NCBI RefSeq assembly: GCF_964213995.1
Contig: NC_135810.1
Span: forward strand, 99,882,001 to 99,946,000
Direction of reading: 5' to 3'
Source of the DNA: Mustelus asterias
Taxonomy: Eukaryota
Length of the DNA: 64,000 nt
Below the pieces are notes generated by a model. It made no database searches and had not been told where the DNA came from. It was given only the letters and a program-made list of their open reading frames with translations. Positions within the stretch are counted from its first letter, which is position 1; each line of letters begins with the position of its first letter. The position numbers and the translations under genes are program-made. This document shows, piece after piece, positions 35,932 through 49,610 of this stretch.

Positions 35932-38718
35932 CTATATCTTTCTGACTCGGAAGCAAGATTACAACAGTATGCTGCGGCTGACAACCAATATTTCCATAGA
36001 TCAGTTTTATTCTGTTGAATTTGAATGTAATAAAGCCAAAAGTGATCAAACAATATTTTTGTTGTTTGTACAGGTTCAGTAGTGTAGGCTTTGCTCAGTT
36101 TGTTGATATGGTAATGAATGTAGAAGTAAACAGCAGTCATTGTGCACTCTGCTGCTCTTAAATTCACTTCTCTGTTTTATCTCCTTTGTGTTCAGATCAC
36201 ATATAGGTGTTGCAATGCAGCTAATCACCTGACTCACTTCTACACACCTAGTAACAAAAGCATTCTGTGTACTCCACAAAATTTCAGATTACAAACCCAC
36301 AGCCCAAGAGCGCACAATAATTGATGTGATATGAAAGGAGATTTAAATCAACCATCAATCTGCATGTCTTTTCTATAATTTACTCGACAGCTCTTGTGGG
36401 TGTGAAAAGATCTCGCTATTCTAGAAACTTTCAGATTGTGTTCAGGCAGTTCTACCTTTCTGTATCTCAAAACATTTACCTCTGACAACCGAGAAAATTC
36501 TTAAGCTTCAAGTAGTGTGTGGATTGCTTGCCACTCCAGATTTGTATTTGGTAGTGATTGCTCGTCTCTAAGCATTTCTGAAATAAAAGACATTAAAATG
36601 AAAATGCTTTATGATGGTTTTACATTGTTGACAGGAATCATTGCTGTGGTTTAAATTTTCGATAGGTTAAAGCTTTTTGTTTCCTTTAAACTTCAATGAC
36701 ATAGATTTTTCATTTATAAAACAGTTTTAATAGTGGGAATGCAAATGGTTCAATTTTTTTTAGTTTAATGCGATGAACATTGGACTTTTTGTATTCAACA
36801 TTCTTTGTAAATGTGAGATGCCTGTCGGGAAACAAGTCTTTAAAAGATTTCATGCATCCATTTATTGTTTTTCATTCTGACATCTGTATTTTTGTTTGTG
36901 TGGAACCCATTTGTTGGCCCCAAAAGTTAGAGGAATAAATTGAGGAACTGCACCACATTTTGATGCCCTATTCAGCGAACATTTTGCGATTACAAATGCT
37001 GCATTATAGACTAAAATTTTGCTTTTTGAACCCTCAGTTTTCCAAGAGTTCCTGAATCCACTACCAGCCAGTAAAACACACTCCAGTTATTTTTCTTCAC
37101 TGGCCATACTAGGATGCATCTCCTGTATTCCTTAGATGGCTGCAGAATGTGTCGCTGACTAGAGACAGTCTCCCTTTTGCATCCAGCTTCAGGAGCTCAA
37201 AAAGAACTCTTATCACTGCTGACCAAATCAACTGCTGTTTATTTCCTATCCTTTTTCCATTCTGCCTCAAAAGCTTGAAACTGGCAAGTCTATTTACTGT
37301 TCGCAGCGCTGCCCTTACCCTTTGTTTCCAGGTGAGACATCCCCCCCCGTCCCCCCGCAAAGTGTATGTGCGAATGTCTGTGGCTGGGATTTTACTTCCC
37401 TTCCCCGCTCAATGTGACCCCCTGTGGTGGGTTCTCGAGCAGTGTGGCCGGCGAGCAACACAAATAGCCATTGACTGTGGTGGGATTGGAAGATCCCACA
37501 GATGGCCAATGGCAATCATCCACTGAAAAACATGCCAATGTTCAGAGAATGCCCTGCTGTGTTTTAATGGATGTGCTAGTGAAGCCTACCAATACTAGAC
37601 AACAAAGTTGAGCATGCCAAATATGTTGATGAAGTAGCATTTAAATGTTTGTGGAAAATGTAAGCCATAATGTACATTTGTGATAAAACAATATCCTACA
37701 AATTGTTAGATGTGGGAGAAGACTCGGGAAAAGATATTTTCAAATGACCAGATACAACATCCACTTTGCTTCTTGAACAGGATTGTGTCCTTCATGAACA
37801 TCAGTTAACCTCATAAGATTGCTTGGCTGTTATATATCAAAGAATGTGGGTATTCAGGCAAGAGTTAATGTGGGACTAGGGAAACAGTACCACCCACATA
37901 GTAATGTAAAGAGTCACATGATGGTAGACACAGTGTAGATGAGTCCAATAAAAGCCAGCATGGAGACAATGACTATGCAGCACTGTACCTTGGAGATGTA
38001 TATAGTTATGAGTTATTATGTTCAACCATACAAACTTCCAGATCTCATGAGATACCAAACAATCCTACAACATGGTGACAGTGAAGGATGGACCCCAAAA
38101 TCTTGAAAGGATGAAAAACTAAAGAAACTGAAGCCTGGCCTGAGCAAGGTGCCTCGAAATTGATGATACAGTTGGAGACTGCCTAAAAAGAATTTCCATT
38201 GCAGACTTGAAGGATGATGGACTCCACATGAACATGTCGAGGTCCATTGCCAGACTTGTTCGAATGCAGATTCAAGGGATCTAGCTAGGTCATTCAAGAT
38301 TGAGCAAAATTCAGAAAAGGAAAACAAGCTGTAAGCAGCAGAAGAATCTACTGTTTAGGTGAAAATCCAGGCCAGGTTAGAGGCAGAGTCAGGTGACTTA
38401 GCCAGATCACAAAAGGCTGAAAGGCAGAATAATAACCTACTGTTCAAATGAAAAAAACCTGAGTGAACGCAGAATTAAGGGACCTAACCAAATCACAAAA
38501 AAGGTGAGCAAAATACAGTGAAGACAGAAATTATCTTTTAAAATTGGCAGCTGTCAGGATATGCAGTAGCATACTCCAAGAAAGCAATGAAAGGCAAAAG
38601 ACAATACCCAAGCAAACCACGTGATGGGGAAAACAATACCACCCACACACACAGTGATGTAGAGAATCACATGATGGTAGGCTGCATGTAAAGGAGTCGA
38701 GCAGAAGGCAGCATTAAT

Positions 38719-39515
38719 CCCTCCCTCAATGTCAGTAAAACGAAGGAGATGGTCATTGACTTCAGGAAACATAGTGGAGCTCATACTCCATCTACATCAA
38801 TGGTGATGAAGTGAAAATGGTCAAGAGCTTCAGGTCTCTAGGTGTACAGATCACCAACAACCTGTCCTGGTCCCTCCACGCTGATGCTATTGTTAAAAGA
38901 ACAAAGTAAAGTACAGCACAGCAACAGGCCCTTTGGCCCTCCAGGCCTGTGCCAAAGAAAGCCCACCAATGCCGTTACTTTCTCAGGAGGCCAGGGAAAT
39001 TCAGCATATCCGTTATGACTCTCACCAACAGATGTACCATAGAAAGCATCTTTCCTGGCTGTATCACTGCTTGATATGGCTCTGACCAAGACCGCAAGAA
39101 ACCACAAAGGGCTGTGAACGTAGCCCAGTCCATCACACAAACCAGCCTCCCATCTATTGACTCTGTCTACACTTCCTGCTGCCTTGGAAAAGCAGCCAGC
39201 ATAATTAAGGACTCCTCGTATCCTGGCCATACTCTCTTCCACCTTCTTCTGTCAGGTAAAAGATACAAAAGCTGAGACCACTTACCAACTGACTCAAGAA
39301 CAGCTTCTTCCCTGCTGCCATCAGACTTTTGAATGGATCTACCATATATTAAGCTGATCTTTCTCTACATCCTAGCTATGACTGTAATACTGTATTCTGC
39401 ACCCTCTCCTTCCCTATCTACTCTATGAACTGTATGTTTTATCTGTATAGCACACAAGAAACAATACTTTTCACTGTATCCCAATACATGTGACAATACT
39501 AAATCAAATCAAATC
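38719..39515 (+). mobile_element. Rex1/Babar LINE 3' fragment carrying a ~60-bp nested retro-tail (~38896-38953)
   Basis: Reverse complement of the 31670-32430 region; ends GTGACAATACTAAATCAAATCAAATC. Confidence 0.85.
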
Positions 39516-41256
39516 ACCCATGTGGGACTGTACCTTTTGAGATGTTTATAGTTATGAGTTGTGAAAACCGTTTATGTTCAACCATACAAGCCTCCAGACC
39601 CCTCAAACAACTGTACAACACCCTTCACGAACTTCAGCTAACCTCATAATATTGCTAGGCTGTTACATGTCAAAGAATCATCCTTCTACAGTAAGCTATG
39701 TGTCATTTAAATACTTGTATAAAGCTATTAGTGGTTCTAGATGATAAATGTAGTAGCAGATCTGAGAGGCACTTCTGGGACAATTTCAGGCCTTTACTGT
39801 AATCACAATTGCATCTCTGTTTTAACTCGAAGCAACAAGTCAATAAAATCTTTTATTTCTTGGTCCAGATTGAGGTTGACAGATGTCTTAACTATAACAC
39901 TATGAGCAGACCTGTCTGTTCATTATACACAAAAAGACAAAACTATTTATTGAAACAGATATAATTCTATTCTAAGTTGTTTCAAATTTATCATATGTTT
40001 GAATTTCCATGACATGGTTGCTTGAAAGGAAAAGAACACCCAGAGAGAGCACTCTTTAATGAAAAACATTCCCACTTATTATAGAATAACACTTTGGTGT
40101 TTTCTTAAAATTTGTGTTTTTTTATGTGAATGACCCTGACAAGGTGATATTTAATGTCCGCTTCTAGTTTTCCTGAGGGAGTTAGGTTTTGGTCACTTGT
40201 GATAGAGCTAAAGTTACATATAGGTCAGATTGAGCAGGGACAGCAGATTCGCTTCCCTGAAAGATATCAGTGAAACGGTTGGATTTTTATTTTAATACAG
40301 CAGCACTACTGATTATTTTCCTGATGCTAGCCCACAGATGACCAAATTCACTGAATTCAACTTCACAATCGGCATCATGGCAAATGTAACTCACTACTTG
40401 TGGGTCTAGTACTATATCCAGTTAATGTGTTTTTATTTTTTAAGAAAATCACACTGTAGGTCAGAAAATCTGAGGGACTGAGAGATTAAAGGGGAATCAT
40501 TCCTGCAAGCCTTTGGCCTGACTTCAAAATGACCTGCTCCCAGTGTCACAAAATGCTGTATTTCATAACTTAGAGTCATCTTCAAATTTGGGTATGCAAA
40601 AGTGCCTTTCTTTTATTTCTACTCTCAGTCTCCTACTTCCCAACCATTTATCAACCCATTTTACATTCACCTTCGATCTTGCATATGATATTTTGAGTAC
40701 CCTATCAAATGCCCTCTTGAAGCAAATATAGACAATATCCATAGATGGATACTAGTGACCTCCTCAAAATAATTCAGCTAGATTAATCCTCGGGACCTAC
40801 CCTTCACATTCACCCTGACCCTCTTTGATTAATGCTTACTTGTCCAATTACTCAATCATTCAGGGCTGTATTTTATGGGGCACCCACAGGTGGGAAAGCA
40901 GGCAGGTGGACCCATAAAATAGGGCACCCTGTTAGAGGCAGAATGCCCACACGCCCCATCCCTGCTGCAATTTTGCAATCAGAGGGTAAGGCATTGGGTG
41001 GGCTCCCTGCCCATGAGCCAATTGAGCCTCTTACGGGCAATTAATGCTCACTTAAGGGGCTGATATGACAGCTGCTGCTCAGATTTAACAGGTGGTGTAA
41101 GTAGGCTGAAAACAATTTGCGGCCTGGCAGGTTTGACCCTACAGGCTGCTAACAAGTGAAATGAGTTGGGCGGGGGGGGGGGTGTTCTCATTTTCAGGCA
41201 CTTAGTGACAATTAGAAGTCCCCCGTTCCTCCATGTCTTTCCCTCCCCACATTCCC

Positions 41257-42322
41257 CGCAAAGAGTGGGGGTTCATGGGTGTTTTTCTGGTTGGCGATCA
41301 GTGACTAGTGGTGTGCCTCAGGGATCAGTGTTGGGACCGCAATTGTTTACGATTTACATAGATGATTTGGAGTTGGGGACCAAGTGTAGTGTGTCAAAAT
41401 TCACAGATGACACTAAGATGGGTGGAAGAGCAAAGTGTGCAGAGGACGCTGAAAATCTGCAAAGGGATATAAATAATCTAAGTGAGTGGGCGAGGGTCTG
41501 GCAGATGGAGTACAATGTTGGTAAATGTGAGGTCATCCATTTTGGTAGGAATAACAGCAAAATGGACGATTATTTAAATGGTAAAAAATTGCAGCATGCT
41601 GCTGTGCAGAGGGACCTGGGTGTCGTTGTGCAGGAATCTCAAGGAGTTGGTTTGCAGGTGCAACAGGTAATTAAGAAGGCAAATGAAATGTTGTCCTTCA
41701 TTGCTAGAGGGATGGAGTTTAAAAACAGTGAGATTATGTTGCAGCTGTATAAGGTGCTGGTGAGGCCGCACCTGGAGTACTGTGTACAATTTTGGTCTCC
41801 TTACTTGAGAAAGGATATACTGGCACTGGAGGGGGTGCAGAAGAGATTCACTAGGTTGATTCTGGAGTTGAGAGAGTTGGCTTATGAGGAGAGGCTGAGT
41901 AGATTGGGGCTATACTCATTGGAATTCAGAAGAATGAGGGGAGATCTCATAGAAACATATAAGATTATGAAGGGAATAGATAAGATAGAAGCAGGGAAGT
42001 TGTTTCCACTGGTGGGTGAAACTAGAACTAGGGGGCATAGCCTCAAAATAAGGGGAAGCAGATTTAGGACGGAGTTGAGGAGGAACTTCTTCACACAAAG
42101 GGTTGTGAATCTGTGGAATTTCCTGCCCAGTGAGGCAGTTGAGGCTATCTCATTGAATGTTTTTAAGGCAAGGATAGATACATTTTTGAATAATAAAGGA
42201 ATTAAGGGTTATGTTCAGCGGGCGGGTAAGTGGAGCTGAGTCCATAAAAAGATCAGCCATGATCTTATTGAATGGCGGAGCAGGCTCAAGGGGCCAGATG
42301 GCCTACTCCTGCTTATGTTCTT
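41257..42322 (+). mobile_element. Young 5'-truncated CR1 (HER1-like) LINE, open RT C-terminal frame
   Basis: Uninterrupted frame to 42239: [51 protein letters not shown]; CR1 3'UTR follows. No true start codon. Confidence 0.92.
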
Positions 42323-42351
42323 ATTCACTCTTTTCCCCTCACCCTGTGTAA

Positions 42352-42662
42352 CATAGAATCCCGACAGTGCAGAAATAGGACATTCAGCCTATCGAGCCTG
42401 CACCGACAACAATGCCATCCAAACCTTATTCCCTTAACCACACATATTACCCTGCTAATCCCCCTGACACTAGGGGACAAATTAGCATGGCCAATCAACC
42501 TGACCCGCACATCTTTGGAGTGTGGGACGAAACCAGAGTATCCGGAGGAAGCCCACGTCGACACGGAGAAGGTGCAAGCACACAGAAAGTGACTCGAGGC
42601 TGGAATTGAACCCGGGTCCCTGGCACTGTGGGGCAACATTGCTAACCACTGTGCCACCATGC
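42352..42662 (-). mobile_element. HE1-like V-SINE, near full length
   Basis: tRNA head TGGCACAGTGGTTAGC / GGTTCAATTCC, V-core GTGGGCTTCCTCCGG.TACTCTGGTTTC, CR1-like tail. Confidence 0.85.
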
Positions 42663-43204
42663 ATGCACTGACCACCTTCCGCACCTGCCATATCACATCT
42701 TCTCTCCCACCACCAGCACCCCTTCCCCAACTCTCTTTTTTTCTCTCTCTCTCTTTCACTGCAGCCTGCCAGCCAATTCCACCATGATCCCAGACCTACT
42801 TGCTTTCCGGCGCATCCATGATTGCACTTCCCCCTGGCCTCCTAAAGTACTGAGAGTACCCATTGCTTCTGGTGATGCTGTTTGTATTACAGAGCTGCTG
42901 GCCTTCAATTTGCTGGTAGCTCTGTGTGACGGAACTTTCTCCTGGATGGAAGAAACCTCTCAGCTTATAATAATTTAAAGTCATATCAGCTGAAGAATTG
43001 AAGTGAGGTGAATGTACCAACCGGAGACAGGCTCACCCCTAACACTTACACTAGAGTGTGGGGAGCCCAGCCTCTCTCTACAGTTCAGCACTTTGTCACT
43101 GATGACAGGTTCCAGTAATTTTTTCATGACCAGTGTTAAACTGAATAGTGTGTCTTCCTTTCTCTCTTAAGTAATGGAATGACACTCTCTATGCTACAAT
43201 TTTA

Positions 43205-44345
43205 CTGTAGGCAGTGATGTAGTGGTATTGTCACTGGACTAGTAATCCAGAGACCCAGGGTAATGCTTTAGGGACCCTCGGAAATAGCATAGTAAGCAAC
43301 TCAGTTGCACTAAAAAGCCAATAAAATGGAAGGAAATTGGATGGACAACCCAGCATCAACCTAGGCACCGAAAGCTACATGAGGAAACCGAGCTCTGTCC
43401 TCCGCTCAAATTGGGAGAGCTCTCTCTCAGTCTAGTCAAACAAAATAGCCTCGTGAAATCGTACCTTACAGATTATGTCCCAGTCAACACCATCAATATT
43501 CTCTGGTCTACCCTGCTGGTGGAGGTGGCGGCTCAGTGGCATAAAGTCAGGAGGGAATTGCCCTGGGAGTCCTCAACATCGACCCTAGCCTCTGATGGCA
43601 TTAGGTCAAACATGAGCACGGAAACCTGCTGATTACCACGTCTTCAGTCAGAAGTGCTCATTAGATGATCCATCTTGGCCCACTCCGGTAGCCCCAGCAT
43701 TATAGATGCCAATCTTCAGCCAATTCAATTCTCATTGCTGAAGGCACTAGATACTGAAAAGGCTATAGGCTCTGACAATATTCCAGCAATAGAATTGAAG
43801 ACCTGTGCTCCAGAACTTGCCACACCCAGGCCAAGCTGTCCCAGTACAGCCACAACACTGGCATCTACCCGGAAATATGGAAAATTGCCCAGCTTTATCC
43901 TGTACACAAAAAGCAGGACAAATCCAACCCCGCCAATTACCGCCCCATCTGTCTACTCTTGATCATCAGCAAATCATAGAAACCCTACAGTGCAGAAGGA
44001 GGCCATTCGGCCCATCGAGTCTGCACCGACCACAATCCCACCCAGGCCCTACCCCCACATATTTACCCGCTAATCCCTCTAACCTACGCATCTCAGGACT
44101 CTAAGGGGCAATTTTTAACCTGGCCAATCAACCTAACCCGCACATCTTTGGACTGTGGGAGGAAACCGGAGCACCCGGAGGAAACCCACGCAGACACGAG
44201 GAGAATGTGCAAACTCCACACAAACAGTGACCCGAGCCGGGAATTGAACCCAGGACCCTGGAGCTGTGAAGCAGCAGTGCTAACCACTGTGCTACCGGTC
44301 CAGTAAAGGGCTGGAAGGGGTCATCAACAGCGCTTTTAAGCGGCA
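43205..44345 (+). mobile_element. Internally deleted CR1/L2-group LINE, interrupted by a SINE
   Basis: LKALDTEKAIGSDNIPAIELKTCAPELA and NPANYRPI relics; the sequence resumes after 44300. Confidence 0.65.
43974..44300 (-). mobile_element. Full-length HE1-like V-SINE with 7-bp TSD
   Basis: Intact A/B boxes, V-core, tail GGCCGAATGGCCTCCTTCTGCACTGTAGGGTTTCTATG; TSD CAGCAAA (43967-43973) / CAGTAAA (44301-44307). Confidence 0.9.
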
Positions 44346-44349
44346 TCCT

Positions 44350-45505
44350 TCATCCCCTTATTGATCAAGAACGTATCAATTTCTGTCTTAAAGGCCTGGC
44401 CTCCACAGCCCTCTGGAAATGAGTTCCACAGATTCACCACACTCTGGCTGAAGAAATTCCTCCTCATCTCAGTCTTAAAGGAGCATTCCTTCACTCTGTG
44501 GTCGTTGAGTTTTAGTCTCTCCCACTAGTGGAAACATCCTCTCCTTGTCCACACTATCTAAACCTCTAAGAATTCTGTAAGTTTCAGTTAGATCACCCCT
44601 TATTCTTCTAAACTCCATCAAGTATAGATCCAGACTCCTCAACCGCTCCTCATATGATAAACACTTCATTCCTGGGATCATTCTTGTGAACCTCTTCTGG
44701 ACCCCCTCCAAGGCCAGCACATCCTTCCTTAGGTATGGGGCCCAAACCTGCTCACAACATTCCAAATGGGGTCTGACCAGAGCCTTATACAGCCTCAGCA
44801 GTACATCCCTGCTCTTATATTCTACCCTTCTAGAAATGAATGCAAACATTGAATTTGCCTTCCTAACTGCCAACTAACCTGCATGTTAACCTTAAGAGAG
44901 TCCTGAACCAGGACATTGTGTTCCATCTTCCACTTCTTTGCCCACTCTCCTAGCCTGTCCAAGTAATTTTGCAGCCTCCCTCCTTCCTCAATACTACCTG
45001 TCCCTTTACATATCTTTGTATCAACTGCAAATTTACCAACAATGCCCTCAGTTTCATCTTCCAAATTATTAATGTATATAGTGAAAAGTTGTAGTCCCAA
45101 CACTGACCCCTGTGGAAACACTGACCTCTGTCGAACACCACTAGTCCTGGTTGCCGTCCTGAAAAAGACCATCATCCCCACTCTCTGCCTACTGTCTGTT
45201 AGCCAATCTTCTATCCATGCCAGTACCTTGCCTCTAACACCATTGGCTCTTAGCTTATTTATCAGCCTCCTGTAAGGCACCTTGTCGAAGGCTTTCTGGA
45301 AATCCAAATAAATCACTCCACTGGCACTCCTTTGTCTAACTCCATTGTTACCTCCTCAAAGAATTCTAACAGATTTGTCAGACATGACCTCCCTTTGATG
45401 AAGCTGTGCTGACTCAGCCCTATTTTACCATGCATTTCCAAATACTCCGCAATTTCATCCTTAATAATGGACTCCAAAATCTTACTCACGACGGAGGTCA
45501 GGCTA
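44350..45505 (-). mobile_element. CR1 LINE RT fragment
   Basis: IYLDFQKAFDKVP, PQGSVLG, LVRPHLECCEQVWAP; internal deletion near 44915. Confidence 0.88.
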
Positions 45506-47978
45506 GTTCCTTTTTTAATCCCATTGTTTCCCAGTGTGCTGGATTTCCACTTTACCTAGCATTTGTATAAGCCTTTAATTTTGGCCCTGCATTGTTGCTT
45601 ACCTCATTAACTGAGATTAGTTATAAAGATGTAGCATTTATCTTGTACAGTTACGTTCTGGTTAGTATAATGCCAAACATTTCTTTGAATACTTTACACT
45701 CTTTATCTATATGTCTATCTGTTAACAACTGGTCCAGTTTATTGCAGTTAATTCATTTCTTAGCCTGTTGAAATTGACCTTAATTACCTGTGAAAGTTTC
45801 CTTTTGCATTTCAAAACCAAATAGTAGCCAAGAGAGGAAGCTTTCATCCCTGGCCTTTGTTCAAAAATATTATTTATTTGCGAAAGTATGCAAACTTTGC
45901 ACTCACCTCTCTTAACGTAGGGTTTATATTTGTGCTTTATTTTTCACATTGAAGAATGTCAAACTCTGGACACATTTCACACTGGAATCTGTGGAGAAAT
46001 TAAAGAGTTAAGTAAAATTACTTCTTTCAATGACTCTACAAAAACAATGTATGATCATTGGATATGAACCATAAAATACTGCCATACAAGTGAGGTCAGA
46101 GAAGAATGAACCAGGAAGAAAGAACACATTGTTAAATTGCTAAAACCTATCCAAGGCTGAACTGTAATCTTCTGACCCAATGATGCAGCCCACCATTTCA
46201 GATGAAAGTATGACCTTGTATGCTACAACTTATTACTCCATGCCTTTTTAGAACTAATGGAGCAGGTGGAACTCACAGGAAGATTAATATGAAGACTTGT
46301 GTGTAGTGATGAACAGGAGCATATTAATGCACCAATCACTTATGTGATTCTCTTGGATACTAAATGGTGAATTTTTCTGCTTTATTTCTTTGATCATGTT
46401 GATGCTGTAAATAGCCTTTTCTGAAGTTGCAAATTTAAAAAAATCTTCAATTCATAGAACACAGTAATTCTTTAGTTCCTTAAAATTGAAGTGGATGGCC
46501 CGGATTTTGCAGTAGGAATAATGGAATGCTATCAGTGCTTGCCTTTATCAAGGCATAAATTGGAAAGTATCTTTGGTGCCCACACATGTGCAATTAAGTT
46601 CAGAATCCCAGAAGCAGTTATCCAAGATGCCATGTTCCTTCACAAACCTTGCTTCACCGGTGTCTCGTCAGAGACTCAATATTCAAATACATGAAGGGCA
46701 TGAAGTTGCATTACGTACCTACTAGATGAGTGTTAAATATACCAAGATAATTTAGGGCTTACCCATTAAAGTATAACTGAACTTTTAATGGTTTGATAAG
46801 TCTTAATTACTGTAAAACAATCTCTTGACTAAAAAACAGTAACTGGGACATTTTAACCAGGTAGGGGGAGAAACAAGTTTTCTGCTAAATTTAAGCGTAA
46901 TTGGTTAAATTCCATAATAAGAATATAAGAACTAGGAGTAGGCAATTCAGTCCCTCGTGCCTGCTCCGCCACCATTCAAGATGATCATGGCTGATCTCAT
47001 CTCAGCCTCAACTCCACTTTCTTGCCGTTCTCCATAACCCTGCAACCCTTACTAATTAAAAATCTATCTTCTCCTTAAATTTACTCAATGTCCGGGCTTC
47101 CACCACCGTACATTTCATAGATTCATGACCCTTTGAGAGAAGTAGTTTCTCCTCATCTCTGTTTTAAGCCTGCTACCCCTTATTCTAAAGCTATGATCTC
47201 TTGTTCTAGATTGCCCCACAAGAGGAAATATCTGCTCTATGTCTATTTTGTCAATACCCTTTATCATCTTATATACTTCAATTTGATCTCCTCTCATTCA
47301 TCTAAACCCCAGAGATTATAGGCCTAAACTACTCAATCTCTCTTCATATGACAATCCTCTCATCTCTGAAATTAATCTAGTGAACCTCCTCTGAACTGCC
47401 TCTAATGTCACTACATTCTTCCTCAAATAAGGGGACCAAACTGTACACAGTACTCCAGGTGCGGTCTCACCAATGCCTTGTATAATTGCAGCAACACTTA
47501 CTTACTTTTATACTCTATTCCTTTAGCTATAAATGCTAAAATTCCATTTGCTTTCCTTATTACCTGCTGTACTTGTATATCAGTTTTTGAAGACTTATGC
47601 ACAAAGACACCCAGATCCCTCTGCACAGAAGCACCCCAAATTCTCTCTCCACGTAGGTAACAATTTGCCTTTCCATTTTTCCGACTAAAATGGATAACCG
47701 CACACTTATGCATTTTAAACTCCATCTGCTACATTTTGGCCTACTCACCTAACCTACCTATATCCATTTGTAAATTTATTTCTTCATTGCAATTTACTAT
47801 CCCACCTATTTTAATGTCATCTGCAAATTTAGCTATAGTATCTTATATCCCTGTATCCAAGTCATTAATAAAGACTGTAAATAGTTGGGGTCCATGGACC
47901 AAACCCTGTGGCACCCCACTAGTTACATCTTGCCAACCAGAAAAAGACCCATTTATCCCGATTCACTGCCTTCTGTCA

Positions 47979-48957
47979 GAAACATAGAAAATAGAAACAG
48001 GAGTAGGCCATTTGGACCTTCGAGCCTACTCCATCATTCATTTTGATCATGGTTGATCATCAAAATCAATATCCTGATCCTGCCTTCCCCCATATCCCTT
48101 TACCCCCAAGAGCCATGTCTAATTTCTTCTTGAAACCACTCAATGTTTTGGCCTCAACTACTTTCTGTGGTAGTGAATTCCACAGATTCATACTCTCTGG
48201 GTGAAGAAATTTTCCTTACCTCAGTTCTAAAAGGTTTACCCCTTATCCTCAAACTATGGCCCGAGTTCTGGACTCCCCCACCATTGGGAACATTCTTTCT
48301 GAATCTACCTTGCCTGATCCTATTCGATTTTTATAAGTTTCTATGAGAGCGCCTTTCTCTTCTAAACTCCAATGTATACAACCCTAACCAACTTAGTCTC
48401 TCCTCAAATGACAGACCTGCCATCCCAGGAATCAGCCTGATACACCTTTGCTGCACTCCCTCTGTAGCAAGGACATCCTTCCTCAGATAAGGACTCCAAA
48501 ACTGCACACAATACTCCAAGTGTGACCTCACCAACACCCTGTACAATTGCAGTAAAACATCCCTATTCCTATTCTCACATCCTCTTGCTATGAAGGCTAA
48601 CATACCATTTGCCTTCTTAACTGCCTGCTGTACCTGCATGCATACTTTCAGCGACTGATGCACAAGGACACCAAGGCCTCGCTGAGTATCCACCTCTCTC
48701 AATTTATACCCATTCAAATAATAATCGGCCTTCCTATCTTTGCTACCGAAGTGGATAACCTCACATTTATCCACATTGTACTACATCTGCCATGCATAAG
48801 CCCACTCATTCAGCCTGTCCAAATCATGCTGAAGCATCTTTGCATCCACTCACAGCTCACCGTCCCACCCAACTTTGTATCATCTGCACATTTGGAGATA
48901 ATACATTTAGTTCCCTCTTCATTAATATATAATGTGAACAGTCGGAGTCCTAGCACA
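47979..48957 (-). mobile_element. CR1 LINE fragment B nested in A
   Basis: New 3' tail AAACATAGAAAATAG at 47979; ORF 48331-48774 KCEVIHFG...LVRSHLEYCVQFWSP. Confidence 0.82.
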
Positions 48958-49073
48958 GTTCACCAGTCTTCTATCCAAGCTATTATATTACCCTTAACCC
49001 CATGTAATTTACCTTGTGTATTAACCTTCTATGCGACACCTTATCAAATGCCTTCCTGAAGTCCAGATATGCT

Positions 49074-49215
49074 GGGTGTGATTTTCTGGCCGCGCTTGCC
49101 CCAAGGCCAAGGCCGCAAATTCCCACCAGAGGTCAATGGACCTTTGCATGGTCTGCTGAATTTTCTGTCCCACCCGCTATATTTCCGTGGTGGGCGATGT
49201 GGAAAAATTCCGCCC
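49074..49215. mobile_element. ~140-bp MITE inserted in CR1 RT
   Basis: GGGTGTGATTTTC...GAAAAATTCCGCCC; shares GAGGTCAATGGACCTTT core with 19397 and 54823; CR1 is continuous either side. Confidence 0.75.
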
Positions 49216-49414
49216 ATTACATCTGAGAGATCCCCATTATCCACTTCGCTTGTTACATCTTCAAAGAACTCTAGTAAATCGGTCAAATATGATTTATCCC
49301 TCATAGAACCATGCTGTGATGGATTGCGTTTTGACTTTCCAAATGTCCTGTTTTTACTTCCTTAATATAACAATAGTAATTGTTGAGTGATATTCTAACC
49401 TTGAAATAGTTAAA

Positions 49415-49610
49415 TAGAGATGGCAGGGCGGGTAATGTATAGCAGCTGTATTATGTGGGAGCTATTGGACAACTGTTTGATCCATGGCAACCACATCTGC
49501 AGCAAGTGTCTGCTGCTCGAGGAATTTCAGCACAGAGTTGATGAGCTGGAGTCTGTAGACACTGATGTATCAGGGAGGGAGAAAGTTACCTGGGACACTT
49601 TGTTCTAGGG
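49415..49610 (+). mobile_element. CR1 ORF1 N-terminal zinc-finger/leucine-zipper fragment
   Basis: MAGRVMYSSCIMWELL...ICSKCLLLEEFQHRVDELES fits the CxxCxMW...CxKC...RVxELE pattern. Confidence 0.65.

Larger units (their letters stand above)
46915..49365 (-). mobile_element. CR1 LINE fragment A, interrupted by CR1 B and a MITE
   Basis: 3' tail at ~46915; RT sequence breaks at ~47978 and resumes at ~48958 (through LTDLLEFFEDVT). Confidence 0.8.

Noticed and set aside
41166-42239. 357-aa ORF as a host gene or domesticated RT
   Set aside because: 5'-truncated CR1 with its 3'UTR; the start is a TTG in flanking DNA and the N-terminal RT motifs are missing.
44220-44297. tRNA-like sequence (also ~42590-42662 and ~50730-50795)
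   Set aside because: SINE heads attached to the V-core and tail, not tRNA genes.
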